Assembly (NCBI GenBank): GCA_963765895.1
Contig: CAVXZB010000024.1
Coordinates: 128,001-192,000 of the forward strand
Reading direction: 5' to 3'
Length of the DNA stretch: 64,000 nucleotides
DNA from: an uncultured Nitrososphaeraceae archaeon
GTDB lineage: Archaea; Thermoproteota; Nitrososphaeria; Nitrososphaerales; Nitrososphaeraceae
Both the position numbers and the translations under genes were made by a program. Within the stretch, counting starts at the first letter, position 1. Each line of letters opens with the position of its first letter. The notes beneath the pieces were generated by a model, which was not told the origin of the DNA, ran no database searches, and saw only the letters and a program-made list of their open reading frames with translations. Shown here one piece after another: positions 30,420 to 43,590 of the stretch.

Positions 30420-32198
30420 GATAATCGGACTAGGACTTCGGAGCTACGGTAAAATGGGTTAAGCGCATCTCAGCTCTCAGTACAAAAACTGTTCATTTAA
30501 CAATATTTTCGTCTCTAGAAATCTTAAAGACTGGCAGATGTCCATACTGGCTAACGTTTCACTACTCTAATCCAGTTTACAGCCAACCTTATAATGATAT
30601 TCTATATCCAATCTGAGCCTCCAAGATGCGGATATGAATAGGCTGGAAAGAGACTACTTCTGTTCCGAATCTAGATGCCTATGTAGAATGTCTGTGGGAG
30701 AGTAATCATGAATGTCCAACCATTCTTCTTTAGTCATCCAATAACTGCAATACCATTGCCTCATACTTTCGTCACAGTCTCCATGACTAGGCATATGGTT
30801 CATGAGATCGTTCTCTATATTTTTGTTGCTGAAATCCGGAATGACAATTTGGTCCAGTAAAAGCAATAATGCCTTTACTCGTATATGTTAGAAATATGTC
30901 TAAATTACATGGAAGCTGAACGATTTAATCACAGATATCTGTCTGCAATCGTACTCTTTTCTATCTGGTGCTGCCCTCAGTTATTAACTAAAGTTTCATG
31001 AAATAAACCCTGCATTGTAAAATAGATACCTTGAGGGTCTAGTGGTTAAATGACAATAAAGAGAATCAGAACAAGAGAGTTGCTCATAGACACTAGATCG
31101 TTATTATGACCTCACGAAAAATGCTATACACTGGCTACTGCATTGCAGTAATTTCATCAATTGTTTATATAAGAAGCAGTTCCTAAATTCTAGTGATTCT
31201 ATAATAAAAATCAGCTACAGACTTCAAGTCAAAATTGCCGTATGTGATCATGCGCCTATGATTGAGTTAGGAGCCTACATTCTAAGCTGCATAGAATATT
31301 TGGTACGTAGTTAGATAGGAAAAGAGATGAGATTGATGAATTGTTGTTCCAGTGTATATATGAGATCAACCAATTACATTAAATTATCCAATGAATTCCA
31401 AAATTGATGTCTGTTTTATATCGATCTTCCTACTTTGGCATGGGTCGTTTAAGAAAAAGTTTGAATCTGCTAACTTTGTAGTAGGCTCAACTGATTTTTC
31501 CGATATTGAAGGAACGGGTGGATCAAACTTATTTGACATTGTTAGTGCAGTACGAGGAATGATCTCCGAGCTATTATGATTATTGATTGAATGTTCTCTT
31601 TGGAAGGTGTGTATTTCAATACGCCGCTTCTCATTTTCAATTCGACACATTTCCGATCCGGTGTTAACGAATGTCCCATCGTCTAAAAGGACGTGCTGTT
31701 CTGCTTCGATATTTAGTATTTGATTTGTAGTATCAGAACAACCAGTTTCCAACATATTAGAAACTGCTGGGTCCAGTGGCAAGGGACCTTGGTCTGATTC
31801 ATAATAGATAATTATTCTGTAAGTTTTGTAAATTCCATTAAAACAATTCACTTATACTCTATTCTCCTCGATGTTAATCAGTACCATTGTTAGCAAATAT
31901 ACACCCAGGCGAGCTTCATCTGACATAGATGACAATCATCTTAGATATTAATTAGTAATCGAGTATGAGATCTGCTTGACTGCACGTCTGGAAGATCGAA
32001 CTAATTACTTAAAGGATATTTTCGAAACAATCTACGGGCTCATGAACAAGATCTCATTTAACTCGAGAATGATGACTCGTATCTAAAGAACGGTCTTTCG
32101 CAATCGTTAAAGGCATTTATCATGTACTAATAATTTTCTAAAAATAGATGAGAATGAACGAATGCTCTTTGATTTAACAAAGGCAAAATGCAAGGCGG

Positions 32199-32432
32199 CT
32201 ATTTCCTTTTGCTCTTTGCTTTTGTCTTAGTAGCCTTTCTTACTGGTTTCTTGCTTGCAGTCTTTACCTTTGCGGCCACTTTGGAGTTTCCGCCACCTAT
32301 TTTGAACATTTTTGTCCCACACGTTGTACAGATACCGCTGACGGCTTGTCGTCCGTTCTTCATCGTTATCTGCTTGTCATCTTTCATGTCTCGTTTGGAT
32401 TTACATTTTACGCAATAAGCCTGTATTACCAA
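32199..32432 (-). CDS. DUF5679-type Zn-ribbon protein with a Lys/Ala-rich tail
   Basis: AYCVKCK..MKNGR..GICTTCGTKMFKIG followed by KVAAKVKTASKKPVRKATKTKAKSKRK; TTG start inferred. Confidence 0.82.
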   Translation of the reverse strand: MVIQAYCVKCKSKRDMKDDKQITMKNGRQAVSGICTTCGTKMFKIGGGNSKVAAKVKTASKKPVRKATKTKAKSKRK

Positions 32433-33054
32433 TTGTAATAATCTCTCCTGCTTAAATATAAGAATAGCTATGAGTGGGACCAATTTTGTTCCCTAATTTA
32501 CTCTAAGCTCAGCAAAGTTGTAAATATTGCAAAAGTCTCTTATTTCGTGCCGCCTTAGACTATTAAATAACTATATTTCACCAGTATTTCAAACATATTT
32601 TTAACAAATCCGACGACTGCCATATGTCGAATTGCCCTGCATCATTGAAGATACACTGCTAAACCCGAAATGTGCATCCGATATGTATAACCGATTACGA
32701 AATATAATGAATTTCATATTATACGGGCTAGTCACTTATCCTTCCTTCTAAGGAACATCAGGAAAACAAACAAATCCAATTTACCGCTACTATCAAATTG
32801 AATAAAGGAAGGAACCATCACACTCGATCGAACTTTTGAATGAAATTCTAGAAAGCCTTTCAAATATGGAACCTAGTTCGCTTAATTTATCAAATTCAAC
32901 AATACTTGCATGAACTGCAGCATCTAGTACCATAAAGAGAAGCGGAATTAATAAATTATAATTCATCTCATTGGATAAGCACATACAACTTGTATCTATG
33001 GATCGACTCAATTGCTAATCTTTATATAGACAACAGCTTTCCTGATTCTGAAGA

Positions 33055-33516
33055 ATGGCGACAACTTCGATCGCAGAAGTGATGACTCAAAAACTAGAAA
33101 CTATTAAGTCATCTGCATCGGCACAGGACGCTGCAAAAAGAATGAGTGATAAAAGAATTAGTTCGTTAGTAGTAACCGATGAGACTGACATAGCAATCGG
33201 AATAGTAACTGAACGAGATTTGGTTCGGAGAATATGCGTTCACGACGCCAGCAGTAAACACACAATTGTCGAACAAATAATGTCTTCTGCATTAGTAACT
33301 ATCGATGCGGACTCGCAAATAGATGTAGCAGCCGATATAATGTTACAAAATAATGTCAGACACTTGCTAGTAATACAAGATAATGATACAAACAAACCTG
33401 TGGGTATAATAACTCCTAGCGATTTCGTGGGCTATCTTAAGGATAATTTGGACATTGATGATGTTAACGCAAGGATAATAGAGTCCCTGAAAGATGTCAA
33501 TAAAGACCACTCGTAA
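33055..33516 (+). CDS. CBS-domain pair protein
   Basis: Two CBS repeats (GIVTERD; GIITPSD). Confidence 0.92.
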   Translation: MATTSIAEVMTQKLETIKSSASAQDAAKRMSDKRISSLVVTDETDIAIGIVTERDLVRRICVHDASSKHTIVEQIMSSALVTIDADSQIDVAADIMLQNNVRHLLVIQDNDTNKPVGIITPSDFVGYLKDNLDIDDVNARIIESLKDVNKDHS

Positions 33517-34332
33517 ATGGAGATTCGTGTAAAGACTGGAATGAGTACCGATTCATATAGTGTCATATTCTATGCCCGGAAGCTAAGTCTCGTACGCTAT
33601 ATAATAGAAGGTACTGCGGGGATGTCTTTTCTAATTACCATTTTAGGAACTATAGAATTATTTCTAATCGCTTATTCTGGTCCTACATCATATGTACAAA
33701 AATTATGAGCTAGGAACCTTATTTCTAATGCCGTAATGTATTTCTAATGACGGCAGTTTTTAGGGAAGGTCATAGAGAAGGGCTGTCGACCTTCGGTTTA
33801 GGATTTTGTATCAATTGGAATCGGTACATGAAATTGGAAACAAAATTAGAACTCGTATCGTGTTTATTTAAAAGGTCTACTTTTGACTATATTGTTGAAT
33901 CATTGATCTACAAAATTATTAAAATTGATTTTTGGTTAAGAAACTATGATCCTGAATGACCTCCGACCTTTAATCTAACTTGTTGTATCGCAGGGGCGTA
34001 GTTCATGATAAATTCTAATTTCAGGTGTATCGTTCAAGTATGTAAGATAAGGCCGGAAATCCATCATGCTAATGTGTTCGACAAAATCTGGAACAGAAAT
34101 AATGTATCCACAATAGAACAAACAATGAAATTAATAATATGCTTTATTTACTTATGCATCCAAATGTGGGATGTTTGGCATAATAAAAACAGCTGTACAC
34201 TTCTTCTTCTTTTCGGCAATCCTATATTCCTTCTAATAAAAGTGTAAAGTGATATCTCCCATGAGTGCTAATTCCCAAATCGTTGAAAATTCGTATAAGG
34301 TAAAGAAGTACTCCTAAATCCAAATAAAAGAG

Positions 34333-34406
34333 AGCCTTGGCCGGGATTTGGACCCGGGACCTTTGCCTTACCAAGGCAACGCTCTACCAGGCTGAGCTAC
34401 CAAGGC
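34333..34406 (-). tRNA. tRNA-Thr(GGT)
   Basis: GCCTTGG TAGCTCAGCCTGGTAGAGC, anticodon arm TTGCC TT GGT AA GGCAA, CCAAGGC-T; T-loop reads TCCAAAT. Confidence 0.9.
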
Positions 34407-34703
34407 GACAAGAATTCTACATGACATCAGGGTTTCATTAATGTTGTTATCCTCTAAAATGTTCAACATATAGGATCGTGATCCGAACCGTCTTCTGCAT
34501 CATAATTTATAATTAGTTTTGAGCACATTAGCAACTCATACTTTGTCAAAAGATACATAAGGGAATTAATATCACCAGACTAGCAGCCTTGGCGTTCGAA
34601 AACATAACAGATCACGTTGTTATTGTTAGTTTCCACAATGTTCTGCCTAACGATGAATAACTCAAGGTTTTAATTACGTAGATCTAAATAATTCGGATAC
34701 GAT

Positions 34704-34824
34704 GCGGGGGTTGTAGAGCCCGGCCAAATATGACTTGATGAATCGGAGACGCGGGACTTAAGATCTTAAGAAATGGGTTATCCCGTCCTTTAGCGGTTCG
34801 TGGGTTCGAATCCCACCCCCCGCA
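34704..34824 (+). tRNA. tRNA-Leu(TAA) with two introns (~34730-34748 in the D-arm; 34763-34779 at 37/38)
   Basis: GCGGGGG...CGGGA CT TAA G[intron]A TCCCG...GGTTCGAATCCCACCCCCCGCA; removing 19 nt restores the D-stem GTA/TAC. Confidence 0.88.
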
Positions 34825-34857
34825 TTTCAGTTGATCATCAATATCAGATTATAAAAT

Positions 34858-35476
34858 CTAAACCTTTGAGATACCTTTTATAAATAATGTGTGTAACCTG
34901 TCATCGACTAATTCCGGATGAAACGAAGTGGCAACAATGTTGTTCTGCTTCACAGCAACGATCTTGTCATTAAACTTCGCTATGACGCCCACTCCTATGC
35001 CAATCTCAGTCACTATCGGAGCTCTTATGAAGATGGCCTTAATTTTGCTTTTACCAATTAAGGGTATATTCAAATAGGTTTCGAACGAATCATTTTGTCT
35101 ACCAAATGCATTCCTTTCCACAGTAATATCCAATGCAGATAAAAATTTCTGCTTTGTCTCTCCTATAACTCGGTCGTGGGCTTTTCTAGAGAGTAGTATC
35201 ATACCTGCACATATACCCATTACGGACATACCTTCTGAGATACGTCTCTTGATAGACTGAAAAACTTTTTCTTGGACGGAAATAAGTGAACTCATTACAG
35301 TGACTCTCACCGCCTGGAATGATCAAGCCGTCTAGATTTTCAATGTCTTCAGAGTAGCGAACAACTGTGATCTCTCCAACTCGTCTAGCTTTCTTCATGG
35401 CAGATCTGGTACAGGAAATATTCTCTTCGATGTCGCCCTGTATACCTAGAACTCCTATATTAACAGAATTCCTCAA
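34858..35476 (-). CDS. pdxT: PLP synthase glutaminase subunit; +1 frameshift at ~35302
   Basis: [13 protein letters not shown]|[32 protein letters not shown], split over two frames. Confidence 0.9.
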
Positions 35477-36417
35477 ATTGGTCCTCTTTCTTGCATTCTC
35501 AGGTCAAGATTTTTTGTATCCAGTCCAAGAATTGATTTCTTTTCATCAATCATACCTTGTGCCTTGGCAACTATCTCAGGATTGTCAAAGTGCGTAGTAG
35601 CGAGAACGATAGCTCTTGCCCTTTGAGATGCATCGTTGGCTTTAAAGATTCCGGATCCGACAAAGACCCCATCACAACCCAAATTCATAAGAAAGGCCGC
35701 ATCTGCTGGAGTTGAGATACCTCCGGCTGCGAAATTAACAACAGGCAATCTACCCAAATGAGAAATCTCTTCTACTAGGGGAAAGGGGGCTCTCAGTTCC
35801 CTTGCTATATTAAGTAATTCTTGCTTATCTCCATGGAGGGATCGGATCTTGCGAATTTCATAGTTAACCAGCTTAATATGTGAGACCGCTTCGGCAACAT
35901 TGCCTGTTCCAGGTTCTCCTTTGGTCCTAATCATCGCACACCCTTCTTCGATCCTTCGCAAAGCTTCGCCAAGATTCTTCGCACCATTAACGAAGGGTGT
36001 CGTGAAATCCCATTTCCATATATGTCGCTGTTCATCCGCTGGTGTCAATACCTCACTCTCATCTATCATATCGACACCAATTTCTTGGAGAAGATGAGCC
36101 TCAGAAACATGGCCAATCCTACATTTTGCCATGACTGGGATAGTGACCTTATCAATTATCTCCCTAATCACATTAACACTCGCAGTCCTCGCAACACCCC
36201 CCAATTTTCGTACGTCATATGGTAACTTGTCTAAAACCATAACAGCTACTGCACCGGCGTCTTCAGCTATCTGGGCCTGCTCAGAATTAGTTATGTCCAT
36301 AACGACACCATGTTTTTGCATTCGTGCAAAACCGCGCTTAACAAGTGTAGTACCCTCGAGCGATTCTTGACTTTGCGATCTCCTCAGATTTTGTTTTCCT
36401 TGTTTCCTGCTGGACAA
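35473..36417 (-). CDS. pdxS: PLP synthase lyase subunit
   Basis: [46 protein letters not shown]. Confidence 0.96.
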   Translation of the reverse strand: MSSRKQGKQNLRRSQSQESLEGTTLVKRGFARMQKHGVVMDITNSEQAQIAEDAGAVAVMVLDKLPYDVRKLGGVARTASVNVIREIIDKVTIPVMAKCRIGHVSEAHLLQEIGVDMIDESEVLTPADEQRHIWKWDFTTPFVNGAKNLGEALRRIEEGCAMIRTKGEPGTGNVAEAVSHIKLVNYEIRKIRSLHGDKQELLNIARELRAPFPLVEEISHLGRLPVVNFAAGGISTPADAAFLMNLGCDGVFVGSGIFKANDASQRARAIVLATTHFDNPEIVAKAQGMIDEKKSILGLDTKNLDLRMQERGPI

Positions 36418-36597
36418 CAGATATTACCATAGAATGAATTCTTAGAACACTTATATAGATATTAATCTTTCAGACCATGACAAATTAAATAATTCGGGGC
36501 CGCAAAAAAAGATAAGTTGATGGATACGATTCGCTATTATACTGATCTTGTAAACTATATTAGCGGTAGCTGTACAACATAGTAGGATTGAACCCAT

Positions 36598-36744
36598 ATG
36601 AGTGAAAAAACATCCAGTAGCGACGGGACATTATGTGAATACTGTGGAAACTCGATGGAAGCTTGTATGTGCGCCTGCCCATACTGCGGAGAACTAGACA
36701 ACTGTGAATGCTGTTTGTATGATGCCGTTACTGGCGGGGGATAA
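36598..36744 (+). CDS. 48-aa Cys-rich peptide (9 Cys) ending GGG (not in the ORF track)
   Basis: Manual translation MSEKTSSSDGTLCEYCGNSMEACMCACPYCGELDNCECCLYDAVTGGG. Confidence 0.75.
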   Translation: MSEKTSSSDGTLCEYCGNSMEACMCACPYCGELDNCECCLYDAVTGGG

Positions 36745-36798
36745 TCCAATACTCCAATACTAAAGCATTAAAAGCAAGAAAAATTCAAATTTATATGA

Positions 36799-39718
<2,920 letters not shown>

Positions 39719-40044
39719 AAGTGCTCTCTTTGTCGAGCTAGGAAAATTCAGCATATTTATTGATCGGCGTCATTATGTGACCTGAACTCCTAGGCCGTGG
39801 ATGATAAGGGATAAGGATTAATCGCAGTTGAATTGTAAGTTTGAATTAATATAAGGTTCAGATTAGCCTCTTCTTTGATGGTAAGCTGTGATTTACCGGT
39901 ATTTACTTGATATATCTACATGTATTGCACTATACATATACATATAGATGCATACATACATACAACGCAACTCTAGAATTTATTAGATTACAGCTCTGGA
40001 TAAAATTCTTCGAAAAATAAAAAAGGAAAATTAGATTGGAAGAC

Positions 40045-40697
40045 TTAGTCCCACTTACTCCACGCGGCCATCCACCTATATGTCCACGTGTTTAGTTTAG
40101 CACCCAAAGCCGCAATTGGTACGGATAGCACTGCCCCCGCGCCTGCTCCTAAGGCTACAGGACTATTGTAGAATTTACCTACCTGAGGTTCAATTGGAGT
40201 CATGTATGGCGGCAATGTCGGACGGGGATACTTGAAGGCTACCTCTAATGGATCTCTGATCAGTAAAAGGTTGATCATATTGAACATTGGAAGAGATAGT
40301 CCTACTAGCGTTCCGCCAATTATTATAGGCAGCATGCTTATTCCTCCTAGTCGCCCAATAAGTCAAGTCTAATAACATTGCCGAGGGTATCCAGATAGGG
40401 TCCTGTAACGAAGTCGTATGGGTAGCCTAATGCGAACCAGGCGCCTTTTGCAACCCATGTATATATCGTCATAATGGTTGCATAATAAGTAGCGGTACCC
40501 GGCACGCCTGTAAACAGCATATAGTATATTGCCCCCACCACAAGCATTGTCGATTGAGATATAGAGAATACGACGAATGACGTCCATGCCCAGTCGGTGT
40601 AGAAGATATAGTCTCCAGCATTAATAGTCAATAGTGTGCTATTTACAGCAACTACTACTATGAAGAGGTAGTGCGTTGTGCGTCGAAGCCAGACCAT
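40045..40697 (-). CDS. amoA: Archaeal ammonia monooxygenase subunit A; two +1 frameshifts (~40398, ~40328)
   Basis: MVWLRR..NAGDYIFYTDWAW..GYPYDF / MLLDLTYWATRRNKH / PRPTLPPYMTPIEPQVGKFY..WMAAWSKWD over three frames; span 653 nt = 651 (216 aa + stop) + 2. Confidence 0.96.
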
Positions 40698-40718
40698 TAG
40701 TAACGTACTCTGATAGGT

Positions 40719-40730
40719 AATATATAAAAT
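40719..40730 (-). promoter_or_regulatory. TATA box of amoA (probably a leaderless transcript)
   Basis: TTTATATA on the minus strand ~24 nt upstream of ATG 40697. Confidence 0.55.
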
Positions 40731-40883
40731 TTATGAGCAATCAACTAGCTAGGTATCTTTTGATGGCAAATGTTTAGAACATCACTATCTTTTAAAAAAG
40801 TATCAAAACTTGGAAAAAGACTGAAAAAATACCCGATAAAAAAATGGCACTTATGCTGCCAGTCAAACTAGAAATTTAGAAGT

Positions 40884-41174
40884 CTAGTATGCATAACCAA
40901 GCTTTTCGCGAGTAATCTTCATTATGAAGAAGAATCCCAATCCTTCAATAACAGTCAAAACAGACAATGCATACACGCCACTAGGTAATGGATATGCCCA
41001 TGGATATACAGTAACACCCACATATACACCTCCAGCAGTAGCAACCCAACAAAGCACAAATCCTAGGACATAGATACCAGTCATGTTTTCGACTCTTCGT
41101 CCTATCATCTTCTCGATATCGTCTCTGTTCTCGCCTCTTCTTCCGCCTGTGCCCCATCCCTTCGGTAATGTCAT
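40884..41174 (-). CDS. amoX: Ammonia monooxygenase subunit X
   Basis: LPKGWG..IEKMIGRRVENMTG, two TM helices; directly upstream of amoA. Confidence 0.88.
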   Translation of the reverse strand: MTLPKGWGTGGRRGENRDDIEKMIGRRVENMTGIYVLGFVLCWVATAGGVYVGVTVYPWAYPLPSGVYALSVLTVIEGLGFFFIMKITREKLGYAY

Positions 41175-41417
41175 TTCATCTATTATTCAGACAATACCTT
41201 TTTAAATATTGCTATTCAGATTTTATAAGGAGTCTCCTATGCTAACGTGCTTATGGTATATCATTTTATAGTAACCCGTGTTAATATGTTCCCGAGCAGA
41301 TCCTATTGATCTTAAATATTGCCTAGATTATATGGTCAAATCAACATAGAAAGAGCCTGCGATTCATATAGAAAAATATATATCTATGAGTCTTCTGGTA
41401 TCGCTAGATACAAAGGC

Positions 41418-41975
41418 ATGATTAAGTGCAAGACGTATATAGTGACGTCTCTAGTTGCAGCAACAGTTTTGTCTACAATATTGGCATACTTTCCAATGGC
41501 ACATGGTCATGGAGTACAGGCTCAGCTACAAAGTCGATTTGTGAGAATCAGTGACGAATCATTTTCGACTCAAACTATGCATACTGGTGATACATTGACC
41601 GTGACTGGAACGCTTCAGAGTCTGGTTAACCGACCACTAAGGGCATGGCTGTCCCTATTCAGTGATTCGACAAATGCAGGGACAAGATGGGAATTCATTT
41701 CAAGAGATCCTCCAGGAAATATATTTGATATTCCCGCGGGAGCAAGCATTCCATACTCAATAACAGTAAGGGCATTGGAACCTGGCACTTACCACGTTCA
41801 TACACAGCTGAACGTTGAACACATAGGTCCAGGTCTTGGTCCGGGTCAAACAGTTCAAGTAACCGGCCCTGTAATACTTAAGCCTGTTCCATGGGGTAAT
41901 GTAGCCTATCAAGTGATCATTATTGGCGCTGGATTAGGTGTAACTTTCGCTACCCGACCCTGGCAAGTTATCTAA
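41418..41975 (+). CDS. amoB: Archaeal ammonia monooxygenase subunit B
   Basis: Signal peptide followed by HGVQAQLQSRF, YHVHTQLN, C-terminal TM FATRPWQVI. Confidence 0.95.
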   Translation: MIKCKTYIVTSLVAATVLSTILAYFPMAHGHGVQAQLQSRFVRISDESFSTQTMHTGDTLTVTGTLQSLVNRPLRAWLSLFSDSTNAGTRWEFISRDPPGNIFDIPAGASIPYSITVRALEPGTYHVHTQLNVEHIGPGLGPGQTVQVTGPVILKPVPWGNVAYQVIIIGAGLGVTFATRPWQVI

Positions 41976-42083
41976 CAACTACACTTTCCTAACTTTTTAT
42001 TTTCAGTTCTTAGCGCAGTTAGATTACTTTTACTAGAATTAGATAACTAGCACGATTTGTTGTATTTCGATGCCGACTAGAAC

Positions 42084-43352
42084 TTAAAGCTCAATTTCTT
42101 TACAATCATTCATATACTTTCTAAGGACCCAAGGGACTTCAATTGTCCCCCTGCTAGTTTGATAGTTCTCGAGTATAGCCACCATACAACGCTCTGTGGC
42201 GATTAGCGTGCTATTCAGTGTGTGGACGAGTCTTGTCTCTTCGTTGGGTTTGTCTCTGAATCGTATATGTAATCCTCTAGCTTGATAATCGATACAATTC
42301 GAACATGAGACTATTTCGCGATAGGCGTTTTGGCCCGGCATCCATGCCTCGAGGTCAAAAGTTTTGGCTGAGGTCTTACCTGTATCTCCAGAACACAGTA
42401 ACATCGTACGCGTAGGAATTCCCAAGCATTCGTAGAAATTCTCGGTGGTTGCTAACAAGATATCGTGCTGTTTTTCGGACTCTTCCGGGCGAGAGTAAAC
42501 AAATTGCTCGACCTTTTCAAATTGATGAACCCTGAATATACCTTTCATGTCTTTACCGTGAGCTCCGGCTTCCTTTCTAAAACAAGGGCTAATGGCCCCA
42601 TATTTTATCGGAAGCCTGCCGCCTTCAAGGATCTCATTCATATGCATTGAAGCCATCGCATGTTCAGATGTCGCTATCATAAAAAGATCTTCCTCTTCAA
42701 TCTTATAAATGACCTGCTCGAAATCTCCTAGCATCACTGCACCTTCCATAGCCTCTTTTCTAATCATATATGGAGGTTGCAAAAGTATGTATGAATTGTT
42801 TGCTAAGAAGTCCAAGGCCATTCGTATCAATGCTTGATTCAGTAGCACTAGATCATTCTTCAAGAAGTAAAACCTAGAACCAGCGATTTTGGCTGCTCTC
42901 TCGAAATCGACCAAGTCAAGGGAAGTGCTTAATTCGACATGGTCTTTGGGTTGAAAATCTATAGTCCTTAGGGTTCCGCTAGATCTCACGAATACGTTGT
43001 CTGATTCAGCGTACCCAGAGGGAACAGACGGTAATAATAAATTAGGTAGCATCATCATTAATTGTTTAAATTTTACGTCAAGTTCATATTTTTCTGCCTC
43101 AAGATTAGATAGATTGTTACTGATTTCCTTCATTAATTTTATCTCCTCTAGAGCAGCACTATCCATCTTCCTTTTAGTCGAGATCAGGTTGGCTAGGACA
43201 TTTTTCCTGTGTCTAATTTCATCAACCTTGATGATCAGGCCTTTCCTTCTCGAATCCAATTGTAGTAAATCTTCTAAAGGAAATTGCAAATTTCTCCTTT
43301 GAATCATGTCTTTTAATAAACTTGGATTCTTTAGGAGCTTAGCATCAAGCAT
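42084..43352 (-). CDS. serS: Serine--tRNA ligase
   Basis: GSRFY, ATSE, FRKEAG, FRVHQFEKVE, EIVSCSNC, HTLNST. Confidence 0.96.
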   Translation of the reverse strand: MLDAKLLKNPSLLKDMIQRRNLQFPLEDLLQLDSRRKGLIIKVDEIRHRKNVLANLISTKRKMDSAALEEIKLMKEISNNLSNLEAEKYELDVKFKQLMMMLPNLLLPSVPSGYAESDNVFVRSSGTLRTIDFQPKDHVELSTSLDLVDFERAAKIAGSRFYFLKNDLVLLNQALIRMALDFLANNSYILLQPPYMIRKEAMEGAVMLGDFEQVIYKIEEEDLFMIATSEHAMASMHMNEILEGGRLPIKYGAISPCFRKEAGAHGKDMKGIFRVHQFEKVEQFVYSRPEESEKQHDILLATTENFYECLGIPTRTMLLCSGDTGKTSAKTFDLEAWMPGQNAYREIVSCSNCIDYQARGLHIRFRDKPNEETRLVHTLNSTLIATERCMVAILENYQTSRGTIEVPWVLRKYMNDCKEIEL

Positions 43353-43590
43353 TGGAAATTACCTGTTTTGCCATTGCAACGTGTCTTAGAATTTCGTCTA
43401 CTGTACTTATAATGACACTAATTTCTCTCTTGCACGAGATGTCAAATATTAGGCAATTATGCTTGTCATACATCTCTATTACCAATCCGTCAGGACAACC
43501 AATGTTATCTGGAATTAACGAATTCATAATTGCAAACAGTTCCGATTTTGTTTCGAATTTTAGTTCCAAACGTACGTGAGCACTCAACAC
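43345..43590 (-). CDS. pcc1: KEOPS subunit Pcc1-like protein
   Basis: 81 aa, SLIPDN motif, conserved rps15-DHH-pcc1-serS context. Confidence 0.7.
   Translation of the reverse strand: MLSAHVRLELKFETKSELFAIMNSLIPDNIGCPDGLVIEMYDKHNCLIFDISCKREISVIISTVDEILRHVAMAKQVISNA

Noticed and set aside
32188-32418. Hydrophobic 76-aa ORF on the + strand
   Set aside because: It is antisense to the Lys-rich DUF5679 gene
33517-34247. Three short + strand ORFs
   Set aside because: No motifs; composition resembles AT-rich intergenic DNA
36555-36749. 64-aa ORF on the - strand
   Set aside because: It is the shadow of the Cys-rich + strand peptide
40190-40378. Separate small ORFs or an amoC call within 40045-40697
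   Set aside because: They are fragments of a single frameshifted amoA
41319-41417. N-terminal extension of amoB
   Set aside because: It overlaps the probable BRE/TATA (~41371-41383); ATG 41418 gives a normal signal peptide
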